In this document: in pieces, positions 18,467 to 25,960 of the stretch
Layout of the letters: each line of letters begins with the position of its first letter
How positions within the stretch are numbered: position 1 is the stretch's first letter
Assembly: GCA_937901695.1 (NCBI GenBank)
Contig: CALDJN010000389.1
Coordinates: forward strand, 1 to 32,106
Reading direction: 5' to 3'
Source: an uncultured Anaerocolumna sp.
Lineage (GTDB): Bacteria; Bacillota; Clostridia; Lachnospirales; Lachnospiraceae
DNA length: 32,106 nt
Translations under genes and position numbers: made by a program
Notes under the pieces: model-generated
Seen by the model: only the letters and a program-made list of their open reading frames with translations
Told to the model about the DNA's origin: nothing
Databases searched by the model: none

Positions 18467-19737
18467 AGTCTGTCACCTGCCTTAATCAAAGTTTCTCCGC
18501 TTTCAAGAATTCCGTTTGGATAATCTTCCGGCAGGGTAACCCCTTCAATAGCTGTATTTTTACCAATCTTTACACCGGATGGTATCTTTGTATTTTCAGC
18601 CACTGTGACGAGACCAAAGGAATAAATATTAGGATATAATTTATTCGGCACTTCTTCCCCTACACCTAATTGTGTGTTGGCTCCAATCACTGCCCCTTCA
18701 GCAATGATGGATTTATTAATGATCACGCCATCTTCAATTACTGCTGCCTTCATAATAATAGAATCTCGAATAATAGCGCCCTGTCCAATTGTGACTCCGG
18801 AGCCGATTACAGAATTATATACTTCTCCATAGATTTCAGTTCCTTCGCCTATGATTGCTTTATCAATGATAGCAGTATCTGCAATAAATTGAGGTGGTAT
18901 GGTATCAGCTTTGGTATAGATTTTCCAGAACTCTTCATATAAATTGAATTCGGGAATCAAATCTATCAGCTCCATATTGGATTCCCAGTATGAACCTAAG
19001 GTACCAACATCCTTCCAATATCCGTTATATTCATAAGCAAATACTCCATCACCTTTTTGATGACAATAAGGAATAATGTGTTTACCAAAATCACACCCCT
19101 TTTGTTCTGATAAGGCAATTAACGCATCCTTTAGTACATTCCATGAAAAAATATAGATTCCCATGGAAGCTAAATTACTTCGAGGTTGTGGTGGTTTCTC
19201 TTCAAATTCAATAATCCTCTTATTCTCATCAGTAATAACTACTCCGAATCTACTGGCTTCCTCCATTGGCACTGGTATGGTCGCTAATGTAATATCTGCA
19301 TTCTTAGATTTATGATATTCCAGCATAATCTCATAATCCATCTTATAAATATGATCCCCGCCAAGAATCAGAACATAATCAGGATTATAATATTCCATAT
19401 ATTCTAAGTTTTGATATATGGCATTGGCTGTTCCAGTATACCACTCACTGCAGGTACTCTTTTCATAAGGAGGAAGAATAGATACACCGCCAATATTTCG
19501 GTCCAAATCCCAAGGTATACCAATTCCTATATGTGTGTTTAAGCGCAAGGGCTGATACTGAGTCAATACTCCAACCGTATCTACACCTGAATTGATACAA
19601 TTACTAAGAGGGAAGTCAATGATTCTATATTTTCCCCCGAATGCAACTGCTGGCTTAGCTATATGGGATGTTAAAACTCCAAGTCTGGAGCCTTGTCCAC
19701 CAGCAAGAAGCATAGCTATCATTTCTTTTTTAATCAT
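18463..19737 (-). CDS. glgC: Glucose-1-phosphate adenylyltransferase
   Basis: [60 protein letters not shown]; ATG 19737 with GAGGTG RBS. Confidence 0.96.
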   Translation of the reverse strand: MIKKEMIAMLLAGGQGSRLGVLTSHIAKPAVAFGGKYRIIDFPLSNCINSGVDTVGVLTQYQPLRLNTHIGIGIPWDLDRNIGGVSILPPYEKSTCSEWYTGTANAIYQNLEYMEYYNPDYVLILGGDHIYKMDYEIMLEYHKSKNADITLATIPVPMEEASRFGVVITDENKRIIEFEEKPPQPRSNLASMGIYIFSWNVLKDALIALSEQKGCDFGKHIIPYCHQKGDGVFAYEYNGYWKDVGTLGSYWESNMELIDLIPEFNLYEEFWKIYTKADTIPPQFIADTAIIDKAIIGEGTEIYGEVYNSVIGSGVTIGQGAIIRDSIIMKAAVIEDGVIINKSIIAEGAVIGANTQLGVGEEVPNKLYPNIYSFGLVTVAENTKIPSGVKIGKNTAIEGVTLPEDYPNGILESGETLIKAGDRL

Positions 19738-19765
19738 CAAATCACCTCTTATTCAGTATGAGACT

Positions 19766-19794
19766 ATTATACCATATATTTCTATTGTTGTGAA
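19766..19794 (-). promoter_or_regulatory. SigA-type promoter for glgC-glgD
   Basis: Minus strand TTCACA-17 nt-TATAAT with extended TG. Confidence 0.6.
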
Positions 19795-20062
19795 TGAATT
19801 TTACAATAATTTTCGAATTATTTAAATCTTTTACTACATATTGTATATTGTAATTATTACAAATATAAAATTTCTATAAAACATTAACATAATTACTTTG
19901 CTATTATCATTAATTATAATATTCCATATATTATAGGAATACTATAATTCTAACCGGTTTTTAATTATTACAGTTTTGCAGAATGAAAAAGCAATAAAGT
20001 GGAATACTTTTTAATTATCAGAACTTTTGTAAGTATGGGCTTCCCCATTGTTTAAATTTTAA

Positions 20063-20090
20063 TTGTATTTTTATAGGAAACGGTTATAAT
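20063..20090 (+). promoter_or_regulatory. SigA-type promoter for murC
   Basis: TTGTAT-16 nt-TATAAT. Confidence 0.5.
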
Positions 20091-20159
20091 AACACTATGT
20101 AATTATATCTGACACATAAATCAGATATAAATCAATTAATTAAGAATAGGAAGTGTCTT

Positions 20160-21563
20160 ATGTATCAAATCGATTTTAGCAAACCAAATAACGTACATTT
20201 TATTGGTATCGGCGGTATTAGTATGAGTGGTCTGGCCGAACTTTTACATACGATGGGTTTTCGTGTCAGTGGATCTGATTCAAAAATAAGTAAAATTGCA
20301 AAGCACTTAGAAAGTATCGGTATCAATATAATATATGGACAAAGGGCTTCAAATATTACACCTGATATGGAATTTGTCGTTTATACTTCTGCCGTTAAGG
20401 AAGATAACCCTGAATATCAGGCTGTTATACAGGCAGGTATCCCAATTATGGATCGTGCAGAACTTCTGGGTCAGGTAATGCTTCATTACACGGACTCCAT
20501 TGCCATCGCCGGAACTCATGGTAAGACTACAACAACTTCCATGTTGTCTCTTATCCTATTAAAAGCAAATTTAGATCCAACTATTTCAGTAGGTGGAATA
20601 TTGGATAATATCGGTGGAAATATCCGCATTGGGCATTCTGAACTTTTCATTACAGAAGCCTGTGAATATACCAACAGTTTCCTAAAATTTAATCCTGCAA
20701 GAAGTATTATATTAAATGTAGAAGCAGAACACCTGGATTTCTTTAAGGATTTAAATGATATCCGTAATTCCTTCCGCGAATTTGCAAAACGTCTTCCAAA
20801 GAATGGATTATTAATTATCAATGGGGATATTGAGAATGTAAGTTACTTTACAAAAGATTTACCTTGTAACGTGATAACCTACAGTGTAAATCACGAAAAG
20901 AGTCCTGTAGCAAATGCCTTAACTCACTATAGTGCAGCTAACGTAGACTTCGATGGCAAAGGCCACGGACATTATGATTTAATGGAAAATGGTAAACTGC
21001 TAACCCATATAGATTTAAATATTATCGGTATTCATAATGTTTCCAACTCCTTACCTGCTATTGCTCTGGCAAGAAGTTTGAATATATCTTTGGAGGTAAT
21101 TAAAGAAGCTTTGTTATCTTTTGAAGGTACAGAACGTCGCTTTGAATATAAGGGTGAAGTAGGTGGAGTTACCATTATTGATGATTATGCACATCATCCT
21201 ACCGAAGTAAGGGCAACCTTAGCCGCAGCTAAGAATTATCCTCATAAAACAACTTGGTGCGTATTCCAGCCACACACTTATACCAGAACAAAATCTTTCT
21301 TAAAGGATTTTGCAAAAGCTTTATCATTAGCTGATAAAGTTGTATTAGCTGATATCTATGCCGCCAGAGAAGTCAATCCTGGGGATATTTCATCAAAAGA
21401 CTTACAGAATGAATTACAAAAATTAGGGGTAGAAGCCCACTATTTTCCAAGCTTTGGCGAAATCGAAAATTTTTTATTACAAAATTGTACTAACGGCGAC
21501 TTGTTGATAACTATGGGCGCCGGAGACGTTGTAAACATTGGAGAGGCTCTCCTTGGTAAATAG
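20160..21563 (+). CDS. murC: UDP-N-acetylmuramate--L-alanine ligase
   Basis: HFIGIGGISMSGLA, GTHGKTTTT, EACEY, DDYAHHPTE, FQPHTYTRT, TMGAGDV. Confidence 0.97.
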   Translation: MYQIDFSKPNNVHFIGIGGISMSGLAELLHTMGFRVSGSDSKISKIAKHLESIGINIIYGQRASNITPDMEFVVYTSAVKEDNPEYQAVIQAGIPIMDRAELLGQVMLHYTDSIAIAGTHGKTTTTSMLSLILLKANLDPTISVGGILDNIGGNIRIGHSELFITEACEYTNSFLKFNPARSIILNVEAEHLDFFKDLNDIRNSFREFAKRLPKNGLLIINGDIENVSYFTKDLPCNVITYSVNHEKSPVANALTHYSAANVDFDGKGHGHYDLMENGKLLTHIDLNIIGIHNVSNSLPAIALARSLNISLEVIKEALLSFEGTERRFEYKGEVGGVTIIDDYAHHPTEVRATLAAAKNYPHKTTWCVFQPHTYTRTKSFLKDFAKALSLADKVVLADIYAAREVNPGDISSKDLQNELQKLGVEAHYFPSFGEIENFLLQNCTNGDLLITMGAGDVVNIGEALLGK

Positions 21564-21767
21564 TTATCCACATTATCCACAACCTTATCAACAATTTCAT
21601 TGTGATATGGTTGTGGATTTTTTAGTTCACATAATAAATTTTATCCTCAACCAAATAAATAATCAAAACTTTAACGATTTCCTTTAAAACTAGCCATTTC
21701 CTCATATTACAACATTAATTAACATATTTCTTACACAGACTTATCCACATTATCCACAATGTCCACA
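21502..21767. promoter_or_regulatory. DnaA-box cluster
   Basis: Perfect TTATCCACA at 21564, 21573, 21741 and 21750; near matches TTATCAACA (21585, and reverse at 21502), TTATCCTCA (21641), reverse AAATCCACA (21612), ATGTCCACA (21759). Confidence 0.88.
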
Positions 21768-21824
21768 AATGCCTTATGGGGAAGCTCTAACCCCACTTCA
21801 CCTATTTCAATCTTTTGAAACCTA

Positions 21825-21940
21825 TGATATAATGAGGCGGAATGAGGATAGTGCGAGACAAAGCACTCGCACGGCAAGCTAGTTTGCAAATTCCGATTGG
21901 AGCTATATATCATGAACACGTTTTTTGTTCATGATATAAT
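21825..21940 (+). promoter_or_regulatory. Two extended -10 elements and a structured leader upstream of the dnaD-like gene
   Basis: TGATATAAT at 21825-21833 and 21932-21940, with several hairpins between them. Confidence 0.5.
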
Positions 21941-22020
21941 GACCGTGACAAAGGTAAAATACGTGTTAATAGCAGAAGTTTTATAGTATGTATTCTGCAT
22001 AGAAAGGCTTGGTATAAGAA

Positions 22021-23145
22021 ATGAACACAATAACTTTACAATCCAATGGTACCTCTGAGAGTACTGTTATACCAAATATTTTTATAGACAGCTATATGCC
22101 CTCTGCAAATGGAGCTTATGTGAAGGTTTATATTTATTTACTACGTTGTATGGCCTCCGCAGACATGGAGATTACCATCTCTTCCATTGCTGATCATTTA
22201 GATGATACCGAAAAAGACATAATTCGAGCATTATGTTATTGGGAGAAGGTAAATTTACTTTCCCTGGTGAGAGATACTAATAATCAAATTGTATCCATTA
22301 TCATTAGCGATTTATCTGCGACTAAAGATAATCAAAATACAGAAGAATTTGCAACTACATCTACAATTTCACCTGCAATCTCACCTATAACCCCGCCATC
22401 CGTTCCAGAAGAGATTGAGGCAGCTCCTATTCCGCCAAATCATATCTTTGACAAACCGACTTACTCGGAGGCGCAGATTAAACAGCTGACTGGCAATGAT
22501 GAGGTGAAATGGTTACTAAATATTATTGAAATATACTTAGATCGTTTAATAAAGCCCATGGATCTCCAATTAATTTTATATTTGTATGAAAGTCTTGGAT
22601 TCTCAGCTGAACTGATTATGTACCTTTATGAATACTGTGTATCCAAAAACAAGAAAAATCCATCTTACATAGAAGCAGTTGCCTTATCCTGGGCAGAAGA
22701 GGGTATTGATACCGTAGAAAAAGCGGAGGCAGCTACTGTCCTTTATAACAGTAATTACAACGCAGTAAATAAAGCATTTGGATTAAACAGGGCACCTGGT
22801 AATGTTGAAAAACAGTTTATTAATAAATGGCTGAACAAATTTGGCTTCTCCATTGACATTATTGTAGAAGCCTGCAACCGTACTATTCTTATGACGCAAA
22901 AACCAGATTTTAAATATGCGGATAAGATATTAGAGAACTGGTTTAAAAAAGGCGTGAAGGATTTAAGCCAAGTTGCTAAATTAGACGAAGAGCATGCTAA
23001 GAATGTAAACTCTAAGGCAAATTCAGCTAAAGTAATTCCAGTAACCAAACCATCCCAATCTAACCGCTTTAATGCATTTCCACAAAGGACTTATACTGAC
23101 GAAGATTATTCTTCTATGGAGCAAAGGCTGCTAAATAAACAGTAG
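22021..23145 (+). CDS. dnaD: DnaD/DnaB-type replication initiation protein
   Basis: IPNIFIDSYMPSANGAYVKVYIYLL winged-helix N-terminus; two DnaB_2-like domains (YIEAVALSW, YADKILENW); upstream of the helicase loader ATPase. Confidence 0.82.
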   Translation: MNTITLQSNGTSESTVIPNIFIDSYMPSANGAYVKVYIYLLRCMASADMEITISSIADHLDDTEKDIIRALCYWEKVNLLSLVRDTNNQIVSIIISDLSATKDNQNTEEFATTSTISPAISPITPPSVPEEIEAAPIPPNHIFDKPTYSEAQIKQLTGNDEVKWLLNIIEIYLDRLIKPMDLQLILYLYESLGFSAELIMYLYEYCVSKNKKNPSYIEAVALSWAEEGIDTVEKAEAATVLYNSNYNAVNKAFGLNRAPGNVEKQFINKWLNKFGFSIDIIVEACNRTILMTQKPDFKYADKILENWFKKGVKDLSQVAKLDEEHAKNVNSKANSAKVIPVTKPSQSNRFNAFPQRTYTDEDYSSMEQRLLNKQ

Positions 23146-23154
23146 GAAATAGCC

Positions 23155-23283
23155 TGTCATTCTGAGCGTAGCGAAGAATCCCCACCATTCATAGTGGTGC
23201 TATTTGGCATTATAATTCAGTGCAATTTACTGCGAATAATCCCTTAAAAATAGATTCTTCGCAATAAATTGCTCAGAATGACA
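23155..23283. repeat. TGTC-tagged palindromic element, copy C, without outer IR
   Basis: TGTCATTCTGAGCGTAGCGAAGAATC...GATTCTTCGCAATAAATTGCTCAGAATGACA. Confidence 0.9.
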
Positions 23284-23313
23284 TAATTCAATCATCATAA
23301 GAAAGGAATAAAT

Positions 23314-24300
23314 ATGCCATTAAAAAATTTTCAATATAATAAAATATTGCGAGATTATGATGCAAAGCAGCTGGAGAGTAAGCACAATTTAGACCTTCGT
23401 ACGGAAGAGATATATAAAACCATTCCAGAGATGAAGGAAATTGACGATAAAGTCATAAGTAGTTCCATTGAAAGTGCAAGGCTTCTTTTATATGGTGATG
23501 AGGATGCCTTAAATTCATTGAAAAAAATCACCAAAGATGCCTCTAAGAAAAGGGCTCAGTTGTTAGAACAATATGGTTATCCAAAGGATTTTCTTCAGCC
23601 AGCCTATCATTGTCCGGATTGCAAAGATACTGGCTATATTGGTAAGGAAAAATGTCATTGCTTTAAGCAGGCTATCGTGGATATCGTTTATTCCCAGTCT
23701 AATATAAAAACTGCCATTGCTGTAGAAAACTTTTCCGCTTTCTCTTATGAATTTTATTCTGATGATTATGTGGAACCAAGTATAAAAATGACACCAAGAC
23801 AAAATATTAAAAAAGCTGTACAAGCATGTAAACATTTTATTGAAAACTTTGATCATGAATATAATAACCTTTTACTTTATGGTAATACTGGTGTTGGAAA
23901 GACATTTTTAGCAAACTGTGTTGCCAAAGAACTATTGGACAGCGCTCATACTGTCATTTATTTAACAGCATTTCAGTTATTCGATATACTGGAGAAAAAT
24001 AAATTTGGTAAAAATGAAGATAATTTTGAATCACAAAATCAATTCGAATATATTTTAGATTGTGACTTGCTAATCGTAGACGACTTAGGTACAGAATTAA
24101 ATAACACTTTTGTTTCCTCACAATTATACTTATGTATTAACGAGCGTTTCTTACGACGTAAAGCCACTATTATTTCTACTAATTTGTCTTTAGATAATAT
24201 AAATGCTAATTATAGCGAAAGGGTTTTTTCCCGTATCGCAAGTAATTATACCCTGTTGAAAATTGTCGGTGATGATATTCGACTAAAAAAACTATTTTAA
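23314..24300 (+). CDS. dnaC: DnaC/DnaI-like helicase loader ATPase
   Basis: Zn motif CPDCKDTG...CHC, Walker A GNTGVGKT, Walker B LLIVDDLGTE, IISTNL, ERVFSRI. Confidence 0.85.
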   Translation: MPLKNFQYNKILRDYDAKQLESKHNLDLRTEEIYKTIPEMKEIDDKVISSSIESARLLLYGDEDALNSLKKITKDASKKRAQLLEQYGYPKDFLQPAYHCPDCKDTGYIGKEKCHCFKQAIVDIVYSQSNIKTAIAVENFSAFSYEFYSDDYVEPSIKMTPRQNIKKAVQACKHFIENFDHEYNNLLLYGNTGVGKTFLANCVAKELLDSAHTVIYLTAFQLFDILEKNKFGKNEDNFESQNQFEYILDCDLLIVDDLGTELNNTFVSSQLYLCINERFLRRKATIISTNLSLDNINANYSERVFSRIASNYTLLKIVGDDIRLKKLF

Positions 24301-24320
24301 AAGTTTATTTGAGTTTCGCC

Positions 24321-24349
24321 TTGACTTACCATATTGATAATGGTATAAC
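24321..24349 (+). promoter_or_regulatory. SigA-type promoter for prs
   Basis: TTGACT-17 nt-TATAAC with extended TG. Confidence 0.7.
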
Positions 24350-24402
24350 GTTAATGGACATTTTCCCATTAACAATCAAACTTTATTGGAGGACGAATAA
24401 AA

Positions 24403-25572
24403 ATGCCACAGCAAGAAAAAATAATTGAAACCATTCCAGTGGGGCCTTTAGGAATAATCGCCTTAGAAAGTAGTAAGGCTCTTGGTCAAAAAGTAAATAA
24501 CTACATTGTAAGCTGGCGTAATGAAGTGAACAGTGAGCATACTTCCACCATTGCCTTTTCTGGTTATCAAAGAGATTCCTATTTAATCAGCGCTTCCTGC
24601 CCGAGATTTGGCAGCGGTGAAGCAAAAGGCATCATTAAAGAAACTGTACGTGGTGATGATTTATACCTGCTTGTAGACGTATGTAATTATAGTTTAACTT
24701 ATACAGTATGCGGACAAGTTAATCATATGTCTCCAGATGACCATTACCAAGACTTAAAAAGGATTATAGCAGCTGTTGGCGGCAAAGCTAGAAGAATAAC
24801 TGTAATCATGCCATTCTTATATGAAAGCAGGCAACATAAAAGAAGTTCCAGAGAATCTTTAGATTGCGCTTTGGCTTTACAGGAGTTAACCAACATGGGT
24901 GTAGAAAGTATCCTTACTTTTGATGCTCATGATCCCCGTGTTCAAAATGCGATTCCTTTAAAGGGCTTTGAAACAGTTCAGCCAACTTATCAGTTTATCA
25001 AAGCTTTACTTAAGAATGTACCGGACTTAGTTTTAGATCCAGATCATATGATGGTAATCAGTCCCGATGAAGGTGGTATGAGCCGTGCCGTTTATTTCGC
25101 AAGCGTACTTGGTATTGACCTTGGTATGTTTTACAAACGCCGTGATTATACTACAGTCGTTCACGGACGTAATCCTATTGTTGCTCATGAATTCCTTGGT
25201 GATGATATTGAAGGAAAAGATGTGTTAATTATTGATGACATGATTTCCTCAGGGGAAAGTATGATAGACGTTGCCATGGAATTAAGGAAGAGAAAAGCAG
25301 GAAGAATCTTTGTATGTGCAACCTTCGGATTGTTCACCAATGGTCTTGATAAATTTGATGAGGCTTATGAACAAGGATTAATCTATCGTGTATTGACTAC
25401 AAACTTAGTGTATCAACCATCTGAATTACTTTCCAAACCTTATTATATTAGTGTAGACATGAGTAAGTACATTGCTTTATTAATTGATACTCTAAATCAT
25501 GATGAATCCATCAGCGAATTCTTAAGCCCAACAGAACGTATCCAAAAAGTAGTAAACAAATACAAGAAGTGA
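24403..25572 (+). CDS. prs: Ribose-phosphate pyrophosphokinase (long form)
   Basis: RFGSGE, MPFLYESRQ, FDAH, SPDEGG, PRPP-binding IIDDMISSGES; GGAGG RBS. Confidence 0.93.
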   Translation: MPQQEKIIETIPVGPLGIIALESSKALGQKVNNYIVSWRNEVNSEHTSTIAFSGYQRDSYLISASCPRFGSGEAKGIIKETVRGDDLYLLVDVCNYSLTYTVCGQVNHMSPDDHYQDLKRIIAAVGGKARRITVIMPFLYESRQHKRSSRESLDCALALQELTNMGVESILTFDAHDPRVQNAIPLKGFETVQPTYQFIKALLKNVPDLVLDPDHMMVISPDEGGMSRAVYFASVLGIDLGMFYKRRDYTTVVHGRNPIVAHEFLGDDIEGKDVLIIDDMISSGESMIDVAMELRKRKAGRIFVCATFGLFTNGLDKFDEAYEQGLIYRVLTTNLVYQPSELLSKPYYISVDMSKYIALLIDTLNHDESISEFLSPTERIQKVVNKYKK

Positions 25573-25680
25573 TAGGAGTAGCCAAAGGGTATATTCCCAC
25601 TTGCCTATTGGTAAGTTTATCCCCCTTACGCTGCTTACTCATAACCTAATTTTCACTATGTGGCATTTCTATGAAAGAAT

Positions 25681-25960
25681 AGGCTGTTGCAAAGCTGTCA
25701 TTCTGAGCCTGAAAGGCGAAGAATCTCATTTTAAGGTGGGATTCTTCGCCTTTGGCTCAGAATGACAAAGCTTACTCAGAGTGACAAAGCCTGCCCAGAA
25801 TGACAAAGCTTGCTCAGTGTGGCAAAACCTGCTCAGAGTGACAAAGCTTGCTCAGTGTGGCAAAACCTGCTCAGGGTGGCCAAAGCCAGCTCAGTGTGGC
25901 AAAGCCTGCTCAGAGTGACAAAGCCAGCTCAAAATGACATTTTTGTTTTGCAGCAACCCT
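25681..25960. repeat. TGTC-tagged palindromic element, copy D (inverted relative to A and B), with nine ~19-nt tandem units
   Basis: Outer IR AGGCTGTTGCAAA / TTTGCAGCAACCCT; core hairpin 25696-25767; AAGCYTGCTCAGWGTGRCA-like units at 25768-25939. Confidence 0.92.

Noticed and set aside
21502-21830. oriC
   Set aside because: No dnaA/dnaN nearby, no DnaA-trio run next to the boxes, and gene orientation reverts to minus after prs.
21731-21919. 62-aa minus-strand ORF
   Set aside because: Overlies DnaA boxes and promoter elements; no RBS or recognisable motif.
21914-21930. Gram-positive LexA box
   Set aside because: GAAC and GTTC are 9 nt apart, not 4.
23314-24300. IS21 IstB or prophage replication gene
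   Set aside because: No istA, integrase or phage genes; Zn-motif loader in housekeeping context.
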